From assembly GCF_001194135.2 (NCBI RefSeq), contig NC_068983.1, forward strand, positions 148,271,581 through 148,332,934: DNA of 61,354 nucleotides, read 5' to 3'. Source of the DNA: Octopus bimaculoides (lineage: Eukaryota). A model generated the notes under the pieces. It worked only from the letters and a program-made list of their open reading frames with translations. It did no database searches and was not told where the DNA came from. Below are positions 25,226 through 38,935 of this stretch, piece by piece. How positions within the stretch are numbered: the first letter of the stretch is position 1; each line of letters opens with the position of its first letter. The translations under genes were made by a program, and so were the position numbers.

Positions 25226-28200
25226 GTAGCAGGAAAACGGTTTGTGGATCATACATCGTCATTTAGCTGACTATCTTCATAGCATAGGTTTACTTAACCA
25301 AAGGGTGTCTAAGCAACACAATGGCAGTAGCAGCATGGGTTCAGCAGCAGTATTATATCAATGGAAGAACAGAAATCGCATTTGCTGACATGATTTGGAA
25401 GAAATTCTTCGGACTACTTCTAATTGTGTCTTCTCTTGATTTCAACTTTTGATTTATAGCTTAATATTTGCTATACCATCAATATCGATTTTTACGTTTT
25501 TAATGGAGGGAAACGAGCAGCAGCAAGTCGTCAAAATCTTTGACCACTTGCTGTTGTCTTTACTGCTGCTGATTCAGTAGACTTCACAACTTTACATGTG
25601 GATGATCAGCTTCATAAGGCCTGGTAGATATTTAACTACTCTCGATGGCATTGCATCATCTCAGACACATTAATGCATGTAAGCTATTTTGTAAGGATGT
25701 ACTGCAGATTACGAACAAATTATCACTGTGAACAGTGATAACAAGGTAAATATGAAGAGAGGTTTGCTAGCGAGCTGGTTAGTCATTAATAAGATAAATA
25801 TTTGTATTTAGTATTTATCTCTCCCTGGGACTATATTCACACATATGAATAAAACACTGAGTCTAACGTCAATCGAACCGATTGAAAATTAGTGTATATG
25901 TAAATAGATAAAAATAAAATATACGTTTTAAAGTTTATCATAACCTTATAAATTTCTTTTTGCAATTGCATCTTGACTACAATGAGAAAGATTAAATTTA
26001 TTGGCTACAGATATGGTATAACACCCGCAGGATGACAACAAATATCCGATTTTAAAATTGCTGTTGTTACAATCTCTTTCTATCTCTAATTTTAGTGTTT
26101 TTCTCATATAACGGTATCTGCAATCGTTTACATGCTGTCTGTACTATCTTCCCTCTAGTTTTGTCTAATATTACAATAATTCTTTAAACAAATTTATTCT
26201 ACAGAAATGTATCTTAGGTGTAGAGAGGTATTTGGTTACCTCTTCTCTATTGGAAACACACAGTGACATTAATAGTTGGAGAGCTCTTATTAGAAATATT
26301 AAGCTGTCTGTATTGTATTCACAAGGACATTTCAAATTGTAGTTCACATCATCATGAATTACCTAGTGACAGTGTGCTTTACAGCAAAATATAACCCACG
26401 ACCCTCATCAAAATAAGACCCTCGTGCAAATTCACTCCGCAGTACAAACTGTACTTCACTTAAGCTGTTAATGTAAGTTGGGATTGTGAGAAAGTTACCA
26501 GATCCTCACCATCAAATCTGCTAAAATATTTAGCTTTTCTCCATAGAAATAGTTAACTTGTGCGAGCATAGTAATCGGCAATACTAGTGTCCCACCACGC
26601 ATGGACGTCGCCCCACCATCTGTTTTCTCTTTCCGCTACATATTTATCAGTGATTTAGCTACGTACAAATTCAGTGTTTTGAAGGAATTTATGAAGAATA
26701 CAATGATTCTGTTCTTCTTACGATATAAGTGAAATTTTATTGAGAAACGCGCGAATGTCCCAACATGGATTTCTCTGTGCTGTAAATGAATTCAGACAAA
26801 TGCATAAGTTTACATATTTTAGGAGCAGTACAGTCGATATATTCAACTTCAGGATTTGGCTGATACTTATTTTACCAAACCCAGAAGAATTGCAAGCGAA
26901 CATCTTCAACACCACAATCGAAAACTACGCAATCGAGGAGATAGGCACTTTTTATATAACCAAACAAGAGTCTGGAAAAAATTCAGAAATTCACAACAAA
27001 CTTCTATTCTCCGAAATTATAAACCTGAGTTGTTAGGCCTATCTTTATAAGAAAAGTATATTCTTTAGGTTTCAATAACTCCAGGACGTACGCTTATACC
27101 GTTTATGCCCGCATACGTCAATGAAAAAATAATTTTCCTTGAGAAATGCTTGAACGTTGCAGTCTTTGAGTATTCCATTCTTTCCTTATGTTATAAATGT
27201 GAAGCTTCATGGTGAATCAATAATATGGCTATTGTTTTCTGCACATCCCAAGATCCAATATGTAATTGGTTAGATAGTTAGATGCTCATTTTGTGTTAAT
27301 ATTCTTTCAAGAGAGAATCTTATCGCAAATGGCTGAAATTCCACAGGATTAATAATCATCCTTGAGATACTTCAAAGCATCTAGCTATATTACAACAGCG
27401 TAATGATTAAACAAACAGCCACTAACTTTGCCAACTAATTTGAAACGTGATATATACATTGACAGGATAGGATTTTCTTTGCCAACCATTAGCAATATTG
27501 ATTTCGTTTCTTTTGGACTAGACACAATTGTATTATATTTTGGGGAGTGAATGGAAGAGATGGAAATATGAAAGTCCAGGCCTATTTCAGAAATGGTATT
27601 AACTATTTAAGTGGAGTCAAATGACTTCCACCGGAGATTAAATCGTGAGGTCAACAGTGTGTCCGATGCTTCTTGATCTACTATTTTCATCTGCTCTTAG
27701 GAATATTGCCCTAACTAGTGCTATATGGTGGAGAGGTAAAATACTAGACTGCATATCTAAAAACCTTCTGCTATTAATTCCCTCCAACTACGCTCTGAAT
27801 ACTAATCTCATTGAATCGTGTCTCCTTGACTTGCTTTCATCTGTCTAGACTACGGAATGGATGAAATGCACAACATACAACAGAATTAATTCAAAATTTA
27901 CTCCGCCTACGAAAATTTGTAAGGGATCAATATTTATTTTGTGAAGACCAAAATTTACTTAATACTAAACATAAAAGGAAACCAAGCCTGAACGCTGTTC
28001 GTCCTTTAGCCAAGAGTATTATCAGCGTATATAGCGCCGAGATATTCCACCTTCATAGGGCTGGTTGAACTTAGTCGTTGACAGGAAAGTTTTGTACATG
28101 TATGCAGTGCAGTGTCAATAATACACTGGATCTGGCAATACTTAAGATGGAGTTTAGACACTTATTCCGTTTTCAGAGTTTCATACACTACCTGCTTAAC

Positions 28201-28506
28201 TGATCATAGGTCATGTGTTTAGATTCACTGGTGGCATTCTGATATTTTTGAATAGTTATATATTATGCAGAATGGAATATATTGTATACTGAATGTGTTA
28301 CTATACTAGAATGAAACCCTTTATACACAGGGAAGTTACAAATATATTTTAGTAACTATAGAATGTACCAGATTTCTTATCAACGTTTAACCTTGAAAAA
28401 TATTACAAAGCTTATCTCAAACAGTGGTTCGTTGACCTCTTATATAGATCTTCTTATATAGGAGAGATCTTATATAGGCGCAGGGTGCATAAAAGGACAT
28501 ACACAG

Positions 28507-28633
28507 ATCGTAGCAGACGAAAATCGTTCGTCATGGGCGCTGGAACTCCCATGTGACGTGATTTCATTCTACTGAGAATCATCAGTGGAAGGCGTCCGGT
28601 CACTGCCTGCACGTCAAATCTCGCTGCTACGAT
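28507..28633. other. GC/CpG-rich island with nested, abutting potential stems (candidate structured RNA or palindromic cis-element)
   Basis: Six compatible stems of 10, 4, 6, 7, 5 and 5 bp; see findings. Confidence 0.4.
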
Positions 28634-28850
28634 ATATAGAATATCAGTACCTTTTCAAGCACTGATGTCCGGTACCCTTGACAGACAATTCTGTGTGTTA
28701 TTATGTACCAAGCACTTATATAAGGTTAACAGAGTATTCGGTGTAGTTTATATATATGTGTGTGTGTGTGTGCGTGTGTGTATGTCTGTGCGTGTATGTA
28801 TGTGTGTACGTACACACACACACACACGCATATATATATATATATATATG

Positions 28851-28886
<36 letters not shown>

Positions 28887-29969
28887 CTCACCTGAATTCG
28901 AAACATCAAACATCCTTTACTGACCATTTGCAATATCTTTGATATGCTAAGTGAAATGAATAATTCAGTATTCAATAACCTTTCCAGAAGAACAGTGCAA
29001 TAAACTAGCATATTCAAGCCCGTTACCAATGAGACTTAACCTAAGAACTCTTCTGCTTCGATATTTCACCTCTGCGTACAATTACTATAAGCAGAAAATA
29101 TAGCTCAAATTTCCCATACAAAAATATTCAATAATAAACATGATTCTCGAAAGCAAGTTTTGCAGATTTAATACATGCTGTTAAAAATAGAATACAAACA
29201 AACTGGGAGTGTCATACTTGAGAATATAAAAACGATAAATAAAAGTGTTAAAACACACGGTTGTATATATATATATTTCTTTTTTTAAATACTTGTTTTT
29301 TTTTTTCTTTTGCTTTTCTTTTTGGGCTTTTTGGGTGAGTGATGCATTGGGTGGTAAATATACATTATATTTTGTAAAGTTTAAAAAAAAATTTTGAATC
29401 GTCATAGCGCAAGACAGTTAAGACTGAGTGTTATCTTCTTAAACATTCAACTATGTTAATATATAAATTAATAGAGAACGATGGAGAAATAAACAACATA
29501 GATATAAAATACTGTTCACAGATAAATGAAGCCAAACAAATATGAAGCGTATGACTGGAGAATATTACACTTGACTCAAAGCAATAATAAGTGAGATGAC
29601 ATTCAAGCTAAGCAAAAGCCGAGTTTTGTGGTACGGAACGTAACACACAACAGAGATTAAAATGGCAATTTGACAACATAGGGTGTAATATATATNNNNN
29701 NNNNNNNNNNNNNNNNNNNNNNNNNNNNNNNNNNNNNNNNNNNNNNNNNNNNNNNNNNNNNNNNNNNNNNNNNNNNNNNNNNNNNNNNNNNNNNNTAATA
29801 TATTCAGCTATGTGTAATATGAAATATATGTACATATACAGTAAATTTATATGCATATATATGTACATAAACATATGTACATATACATTTATAAATATAT
29901 ATATATATATATTTGTATATGCACACATATATTAATATACGTATATGTGTATGTTTATGTATATTCATA

Positions 29970-30002
<33 letters not shown>

Positions 30003-30789
30003 CAGGTGCCAGATATCTGACGAACAAATATGATGTAACATACCTTCCTCGATGTCGACACTTGGTGGCGCTTGAGGAGGTTTTCTTCTCCTACTAGGAT
30101 CAAAAATGTATTCGTATAGCAAGCCCGCTGTAATGCCACCTCCAAAAGGACCGACCCAGTATATCTGAAATACACAAAAACAGAAATATCATGCATTTTA
30201 CTATTACCAAAACACCGCATATATAAATATGCAGAAATAAACACATGCAGCACTCATTTGAATTCCGCATAGATTTGTACTAGGAAAGTTTTAGCTTCGT
30301 TTAGATTTTATACCACTGGATGGTGTTATGCGTTTTTGCTTTTATTCATCAACGTGCATTCGATTATTACATATATTTAAGCATTCATATATATATAAAT
30401 TCATACATATATAGATACATACATAAATAGGGAGACCAGTATATATACGTAAGTGTGCATAGAGAATTTATAAACATATATATATATATATATATATCAT
30501 AAGATAAAATAAAGAGACGTATTCTCACGTTCTAATATCACACAGATACAGACCCAAAACAAGTAATACATTGCTACAGCATTTACACATGCACATACAC
30601 AGTTATTTCCAGTCAATCATAGATACATGTATATACTCACACGCACCTCACACCCAAATATATAAGTTCATATATATCCAAAGAAACGCATATGCACTCA
30701 TTTATACAAAGGTATAGAAAAAAAATAATACCATAAATAAACACATAAATAGATGTATGCATGTAATGGTATAGATACACAAAATATCT

Positions 30790-31380
30790 GATGTACAATG
30801 AAAGGAAGTTATGCAGGCAAGACACTTAGATGTGACAACCGAAGCAGACTCAGTTGAATTAACACCGAAGATGTGACGCACATCATAAGCAGCTCCACGA
30901 TAAAGTTATCATGACACTCTCTGTATGAAGCATGACATAGTAGCAAAATCATTTCACACTAGATTCCAGAGATAAGATAATTCGGGAGATCAAAAAAAGT
31001 TGCAGCAATCTAGAAAGCACACTTCAACGTAACATCAAAGAATATTGGTAAATATGCAAAATGTAGGCACAACAGACCAGATAATTGTTACGGATAAAGA
31101 AATGAATGCGCGCACACTCGTAAAAATCTCTTGTCCAGCAACCGTTAACGAAAATAAAAGAGATAAAGAAAAGACAATACTCAAAACTAACGAGAAATAT
31201 GCAGATATAACCCCCGAAGTATTATACCTGTGATTACTGGGGCAGTTAGTTACAGAACTAATTACCTGTGTGACAATCTTGAGAAGCTAGACATCACAAA
31301 AACCAAAAAGTATAGCAATTAGAAGACATTTAATGAAACTCTGAAAATATGTAAAATATTCCACTTGAGAACTAAGTAGT
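30790..31380 (+). mobile_element. Decayed RLE-type non-LTR retrotransposon 3' end (R4/Dong-like): CCHC knuckle plus PD-(D/E)xK endonuclease
   Basis: CDNRSRLS*INTEDVTHIISS is a degenerate CxxC...HIISSC. Further motifs are KCRHNRPD/IIVTDKE...LVKISCPA and IIPVITGA...NLEKL...LKICKIF. Confidence 0.75.
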
Positions 31381-32043
31381 TGTTCACACACACACACACA
31401 CACACACAGGTATACTTCGCTGTCGCAATAATTTAAATAATTTTAGAACATACCTTCCTCGATTCTTTTTTTAAAACAGTGAAACTCGAGGCAGTCAACA
31501 ATATACCGTTGTGGGTGGTAAGAATATATTTACTACAACAGGAAGGGAAATACGAAGGATCGCTTTGGTTCAATAGTAGAACGTCTCTCACATTGACTTT
31601 TTGTATGCAAAGGGTTTTTTAACCAAGTATTTACACGTTATCATTCACCGTTCAAGACACACACCGCACACACACACACACACCGGCCTACCCTTCCACC
31701 GCCAAATATATATATATATATATATATANNNNNNNNNNNNNNNNNNNNNNNNNNNNNNNNNNNNNNNNNNNNNNNNNNNNNNNNNNNNNNNNNNNNNNNN
31801 NNNNNNNNNNNNNNNNNNNNNNNNNNNNNNNNNNNNNNNNNNNNNNNNNNNNNNNNNNNNNNNNNNNNNNNNNNNNNNNNNNNNNNNNNNNNNNNNNNNN
31901 NNNNNNNNNNNNNNNNNNNNNNNNNNNNNNNNNNNNNNNNNNNNNNNNNNNNNNNNNNNNNNNNNNNNNNNNNNNNNNNNNNNNNNNNNNNNNNNNNNNN
32001 NNNNNNNNNNNNNNNNNNNNNNNNNNNNNNNNNNNNNNNNNNN

Positions 32044-32261
32044 CCATGCATACATATACATACATCGATATGCGTCTATATATATGTGTGCGTGTGTATG
32101 TATATGCACTCACACACATAGTAAATCCATACTTAAATAATACAGCTGTTCATACATAAACACACATACGTATATACACGCATGCATGTATGTACATTAA
32201 ACACTTAATGCTTACAACCGTACATATTCCATGCATACATATACATACATTGATATGCGTT

Positions 32262-32317
<56 letters not shown>

Positions 32318-32469
32318 CACTCACACACATAGTAAATCCATACTTAAATAATACAACTGTTCATACATAAACACACATACGTATATACACGCATGCAGGT
32401 ATGTACATGTAATACTTAATGCTTACAACCGTACATATTCCATGCATACATATACATACATTGATACGC

Positions 32470-32526
<57 letters not shown>

Positions 32527-32528
32527 TA

Positions 32529-32560
<32 letters not shown>
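32044..32560 (+). repeat. Tandem satellite with ~185-211 bp unit containing a variable (TA)/(TG) tract; at least 2.5 copies, abutting a gap
   Basis: Units restart at CCATGCATACATATACATACAT at 32044, 32229 and 32440. Confidence 0.9.
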
Positions 32561-32577
<17 letters not shown>

Positions 32578-32956
32578 CCGTGTGTGTGTGAGTATGTATA
32601 TGTAAGTGCGTGTATGTGTGTATGTATGTATGCATACATGCGTACACACACATAGGATTCAATGTGTTTACATACATACATTGGTGCATACAAGTAGAGA
32701 CGTAACAAGGTGAACAATAAATACAAATATTATAAAAATATGCTTGCTCCGACTTATTTCAAACATGGAAAACTTTCATAGAAATCAGATTGAAAATTTA
32801 TTTTTACTAGTATTAAGATTTCAAAAGAATCACGAAATAAATTCTATTGGTTATTGGATTTAAATTTATTTCCTTATTTTCTATTTTCATTGGCTGTGAA
32901 AAGGATTAAGATATTACTGGCTTGCTTCAAAGCTTGCTTCATCCTCTTCTTCTGAG

Positions 32957-32957
<1 letters not shown>

Positions 32958-33027
<70 letters not shown>

Positions 33028-33150
33028 GTAAGAAATGTTTAAATATGTAAGGAAACAACATCATCATCATCATCATCATCATCACCGTCATCGTCGTCTT
33101 CATCATCATCATCATCATCATTAGGATCATCAACCTCATCATCATTATCA
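32958..33150. repeat. (TTA)n followed by (CAT)n microsatellites
   Basis: Direct reading. Confidence 0.95.
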
Positions 33151-33272
33151 CTGTAGAATCTATCAGTTTAAATATTTTATTTCATTTATTTCCCTTTTAT
33201 TGTTCCACAATATTTTGAAAATCGTATCAATAAATAGATTAGAAATTATCTCCAAATCGAATTCTTGCATTA

Positions 33273-33274
<2 letters not shown>

Positions 33275-33355
<81 letters not shown>
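33275..33355. repeat. (CA)n microsatellite
   Basis: Direct reading. Confidence 0.95.
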
Positions 33356-33360
<5 letters not shown>

Positions 33361-33949
33361 TACACACACGCACGCACACTCATAGACGAACACACACATA
33401 TATACGCATGTACGTGTGCATTTGTGTAGATATACATACGTATTTATAAATGCATTTATGTGTAGTTCTATACATACATGTATATAAATATATATATGCA
33501 TACATACATATATACAAACATACATGGATGCATCTACATATGCGTACTTTTACCCATAAATTTTCAAAGATAACTACACATTTATAGAGATGCAAATGCT
33601 CACCCGCATACGTGTCTGCAAATCTTTATATATTTCAGGCTTTAATATTATACACATAAACGTAATATCGAGCCAATATGATCAATTTAAAAATAGAACT
33701 AAGAGCACAAAGATCAGACTTAGATTTTCATCAAAAACTATCGAAACAAATACTGAGAAAGAATATGGAATATAACAACGATAAAGTCAATGGTAATTAT
33801 CAAGTGGTGAGCAATAACTTTAAAATATTTGTCATAATCATAAACCAACTGCATTATCTGTCTGGATTGGTTGCTATGCATGCAAAATGCATTCCCTTTT
33901 TTTTTTGTTTTTTGCAAACATTTCTGCACACCTTCGCATCCATGTATCT

Positions 33950-34020
33950 TTCTTTTATTCTTTTATTCCTTTACTGGTTTCAGTCAGAGGCCGGGGCCAT
34001 GCTATAACACCGCTTTTCAG
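33950..34020 (-). mobile_element. SINE family B tail fragment
   Basis: TTTACTGGTTTCAGTCA...GGCCATGCT...CACCGC is the reverse complement of the family B tail. Confidence 0.55.
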
Positions 34021-34680
34021 TGTTTTCAGGTTTTCCTTTCGGTACACTTTTTGGTGAAGAAGCGAGCGTGTTGGGCGAAGCTTCTCTTCTTTGTTCCTCC
34101 TCTGCCGTGATGTGAGCTTATCTGGGATTTCAGTGAGAAATTTGCCCATTTCAGATCTCTTAGGTTCTTTGACAGGATGTTAAACAGTTGCAATCTACTG
34201 AAACTCAAGCCGTTGCAATACTGGGCTCTCATGTGATGAAGAAGACGCTATCTTTAGTATTATGTAGTGACGTCCAGTTCGGTGGTTGGTATAGCTATTA
34301 AGTCCAAAGTTGGGAGCTAGATCTTCCAAGTTCTTTCATATGTATGTCATTGCATACCTTCTCCTAGCCTCTCCCAGTAGCTCCTCTGTTTCACCGAATC
34401 CATATTCTTTGTGCAGTGGAGCTGTATTGCCTCAAATCCGCCACCAATTTGACGCTCTGCGGCGACTATAGTTGGGAACAGTAATCCAGACGACTGAGGA
34501 CAATTGTCCTCCATTGGAGTAGCAAGGTACCCTTATTTCATGCTCTGAATAATCGAGGGATCCATCTAGCTACTCGTCTGCACAGTGTTGCTATCTTGGC
34601 AATATGCACATGGAATGTTGCATCACTACTCATGTGGATTCTCAGGACACGCACCTATTCTAACTCTGAGACTGCATTTC
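34020..34680 (-). mobile_element. Decayed CR1/L2-group LINE ORF2 C-terminus (same group as 7560-8725)
   Basis: Minus-strand motifs: MSSDATFHVHIAKIA, WRTIVLSRLDYCSQL*SPQSVKLVADLEAIQ, SYWERL, LEDLAPNFGL, RAQYCNGLSF...QLFN. Confidence 0.85.
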
Positions 34681-34986
34681 CCCCTAGTTTTATGTATTTC
34701 GACTGTAGTCTGTTTGTGTGTGTGTGTGTGTGTGTTCGTGCGCGTGTGTATATNNNNNNNNNNATATATATATACATTTATACATACATAGTTTTAAATA
34801 GTTATAGAAATATATAGATACAGAATGATGGAAAAGAGAGTAATTGGAGAAATTAATCAATATGCACAAACGAAACAGCAATATAGGAGTTATTACCCAC
34901 ATTTCAATTATCGAAGGAATTACACCATACAGTATTTTCTTTGCTTATATTTCTGCTGATGAAATTTATTTTTCTTTCCTATGTAA

Positions 34987-35030
34987 TATATCCTATATAA
35001 TATCCTATATAATATCCTATATAATATCCT
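34987..35030. repeat. 12-bp minisatellite (ATATCCTATATA) x3.7
   Basis: Direct reading. Confidence 0.85.
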
Positions 35031-36573
35031 AATGATGAGCAGTGCTTTGTCACAGAATAAAATGAATGTCTGCTAACTAATTTTATTAACTAATATTTGG
35101 GAGCACTGGCAATTTATAAACTTTATATTAATATAAAGCCAAACCTCATTAGATTTACTACAACGGCTGCATTAATATATGCCAGCGTGTAGAGTTATAT
35201 GTAACAAATTAATGATGCTTGGATTCTAATCATTATATTTTTTGATGAATTCCTACTAAAGAGTATTCAATACAAAGTGATTAATACTTTTCAAAATGCA
35301 TAGTCTATAATCACTGTCAATCTCTGGACTGAACTTTCTTCCAATGCACCTCCAAGTATACATTGCTTTCGACTCACAAAGTTCAACCCCGTCATACAAT
35401 TCGAAGTAATATGTAGTCACTACGCTTAACACAAAATAATTCTCGTAAAATAGCAAAGAGTTCGTCGCGTGTATAATAAAATTAATGTCGGAACTATTAT
35501 GTCACTCGAGTTCTAAAGCTCTCTCAGGAACAGATTTCATTCCATGCATTTCAAACAGCAAAAATGTACCATAGTGCTTATTAGTTGTATCACTTAACTA
35601 CTTGGTGGTAAATAAACTCTTATTCTATAACGCAAGAAAAGTGGCCTGTCTCATGTCTAAGATGCTGTTATCTAATGTTATGTTATTGATCATACCTATC
35701 TCCATTATTACCGGATTTACTAATCCATATTTAACGTGGCAAGAAATTTATAAGTATGATCTTTGAAAGTAATAGCAAAGATTATGTATTGTCTGTTTTA
35801 GGCCAGAAATTATTAGTTTTACTTCTAAATCAGTGGCATTGAAATATCGTTATAAAGTTGCCTTGGACGGGCTAAAATGAGTTCCAGATATATTCTTGGT
35901 TTTGCCGGAAGAAATCATGTTTATTTGGAGTTTTATTTGTTTATTTATTTATTTTGTTAAATAATTGCATGAACATTTTTGAAAATTGTTGGGTGATGCT
36001 TAAATCTTAACTCTTTGCAACGTGAGGGCAGATTCAGAGGATTTTTGGACTGTATTCTTGGAGAGTATTTACCACATTTACCTCGGTTTCCTTTATTCAC
36101 TTTACTGAAACTTTAGTCTTTTTAATCATACTTCTAATATACTCGCTTTGCTGCTGGTGTCGAGTTTTTCTTTGCAGAAAATTTCAGACGTTCCACTATT
36201 TTCAATTTTTGCATATCTATGCATGAATAGTTCCTGACAAACCCTGGATGAATATTTGTATTGTTGAATGCCTGCTTTTAGAAATGTTGGAAAAACGTTC
36301 AGTATGTCAATTGAAACAGTGAGTTTTATATTTCTTATTGTTCAAATGATTGACGTAAGAAGCGTAGGAGAATAGATAAATAGAAATATTAGGAAACACA
36401 AAGAAAGAGGATTAGCTAATGACATACAGAGTTAATTGGTTAACGGAAAAGTGTTAGAAAATGTGTGATGCAGTCAGGTACACATTGCTATGCCAAGAAC
36501 TTTTGATGTCTTCATGTCTTCAATACTATGTGTACGAAACACACATGACAGAAGAATATTTAGGATTAGTAAA

Positions 36574-37260
36574 TATTAGGCTGTATCACATGAAATGTCG
36601 TATTTGAAAGGTAACAACATGTTTCAGAAGTGTTAGAGAACTACTGATTTATTTAATCAAAGTATGATCCATGTTCATTTATGACGTTTACCCAACGTTT
36701 GTCTATGTCATATATTAAAACAAAATTCATCTTTTGCTGTGATAAACTGTCCGAATGCTTCAATTATCTCTTCTCTATTTAAGACTGTTTTATTGCTTAT
36801 GAAAAGTTCAAAATACTTAAATAAGTGATGGATCAGTAGGAGAGATATCAGGAGAATAGGGAGGGTGTTCCAAATCTCATAATTAATTCAGGCTTTGCAA
36901 CTTTTGGACCGTGGCTTGAGGAGTGTGAGGACGTGCATTGTTGTGGAGCAAAATTGGGCCATCTCTATTCACTAGTCTGGGTTGCTTCTTTTTCAAATTC
37001 TCATGCATACAATCAATTTCCTGGTAATATGATGTTGCTGTTACCGTTTCTTCTTGTTGCAAAAATGAATAATGAATAATTTCCTTCGCAGACCACCATA
37101 TAGTGACCACTAACTTTTTAGGGTACAATGGTGGGTTTGGGTAGTGTTCATGTGACTCTGCATCTAATCACTGTCCTGTTCTCCTTCTGTTGTCAAAGAG
37201 TATTCATTTCTAATCGCAAGTAATGATTTGATGCAAAGATTTTTGTAATGTTGTCAGGAT
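36574..37260 (-). mobile_element. Mariner (DD34D, cecropia/Hsmar1-like) transposase remnant with probable right TIR near 36574-36605
   Basis: Motifs are W(I)LFDNRRR, YPKKLVVTIWWSAKEIIHYSFL...RLVNRDGPILLHNNARPH, HPPYSPDISPTD and NEHGSYFD*. The terminus TA-TTAGGCTGTATCAC is mariner-like. Confidence 0.9.
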
Positions 37261-38878
37261 TTTGGTTCACCTTAGAAAGAGGAAATTCACATATTCAAGG
37301 TGCCCCAAAAGTCACAAGTTTGCCTTTCTTAAATATTAGTTAATTGAAATAAGTTTTCTTTTGTAGATAATGAAAAAATAAAAATATTTAGGTATCAATG
37401 TAAGCCTTCTTATTAGAGACTAGAGATTCCCACGGCACTCAGAAAAATGCCGTACATTATTATCCAAATAAAATTAGATTTTCTCAGTAGATATCCTTTA
37501 TGGAAGACGTTAATTGTTTCAATAGATGCTGCCCTGTCTCACACATAAAATATATACATTTTATTAAAGTATTTTTCAAAACTTGCCTATAGCTTTCTAT
37601 GAAGAAATATTGAACAAGCAATTGACTAAAATATTTTACTTCGTACAAAATGGATTTGCCATTTCCTGAAATGTGGTTAGATAATTGCTTCAACTATTGG
37701 CACAAGGTTATATAATGAAAAGCTAAACTTACTCACGGCCATAGAAAATATTATATTACTCTCGAACATAGGCGTTTGGAAAAAGAGGAGAGAGTGTCTA
37801 GGTATATTTCTTAATCTATCTCGGACAAATGTTTCCCCTTTTATAACAGCTTGAAACAATGAAACTCATGCCAAGTGAAGAAATTAATATCATAAACGAC
37901 GTCACACCGATAACAATAAAACAATAAAAGTAGAATTAGTCGCAACTCCTTAGCCACACTATGACGGGGATTCCGAAAGTGCACATGCAATAACACACAT
38001 GACGTGACGCAAATTAAATGTATAAAAATATGACACATTTATATCCCACCAGTTTCTTTTAAGCATATATTTTGTTTTGTTAACTAACAGCAGCAACAAT
38101 GATAATGAGGGTTAAGTATTTTGAGGCGGGATGTTTCGAAAAGACGTCAGCATGTGATAGGTGGATTCTATTACTCATAAAGATTTTCTGCTGGAGCAGT
38201 AGGTAACGAAAGACTCATCAAATATTCAATGTTAAGACTGTTTGCAGAAGGAAAATATTCATGGTGGTGATGAAGAGTTAAAAGTATAGTCTTTACCTAA
38301 TATAGCAAACAGCCGAATCAAAGACAGAGAATCTATTGAATTCATGCGGGAGTTACTGCGTGCCCGTCAACTTGCTAGAAATATCAGAAAACTATCCTTC
38401 AAATCACATTCTATCATTTGGACACATAACAGACCTGTTGAAAAAGTAAAATAGAAAATAACAAATCATCTTCACTGGAATACCTCTGATTACAGGTTTT
38501 CCTAATCAGAATTGACCCTGGGACGCAGCAACAACTTAAGTGAAGTTGAATTGGATTGTTGTGTTTTAGATGTATTTATTTACTATTGGCAGGATGCAAT
38601 GCAGGTGACGCAGCTTCGACACCTTTCCGATTCAATGATCTGCAGTTTCCCCACTAATGGAATACTAACTTCTATTTCATAATTCGAGAAATTGTCACTT
38701 GATACATCAATTCACTACAAAATCCTCCATCATTTTCCACAGAGCACGAGAAAAAATATTATTAAAATAAACATATGAAGAAATTAGAGATCAACGATTT
38801 GACATTGTTATAACAGAAGAGATATTTGTCACTCATGTTTAGCTGTTAGCACTGAAGACATAAATTTGATTTCAACTA

Positions 38879-38882
<4 letters not shown>

Positions 38883-38931
<49 letters not shown>
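38883..38931. repeat. (GA)n microsatellite
   Basis: Direct reading. Confidence 0.95.

Positions 38932-38935
<4 letters not shown>

Noticed and set aside
26740-27050. Two overlapping open frames (98 and 64 aa) after a possible acceptor
   Set aside because: No recognisable domain and no partner exons; within chance expectation.
27645-27848. ORF faintly reminiscent of an RTE RT region
   Set aside because: The QG and YADD motifs are absent; similarity is too weak.
28885-28945. Possible 55-nt minus-strand exon (TTCACTTAG...CAG|GTGAGC)
   Set aside because: One open frame without homology and no supporting neighbouring exons.
34497-34512. 16-bp perfect palindrome GAGGACAATTGTCCTC overlapping CTGAGGA
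   Set aside because: It lies inside LINE coding sequence and has no GAAA box; incidental.
37290-37860. TIR-like TTCAAGGTGCCCCAAAAGTC followed by possible transposase debris
   Set aside because: No confident DDE motif could be reconstructed.
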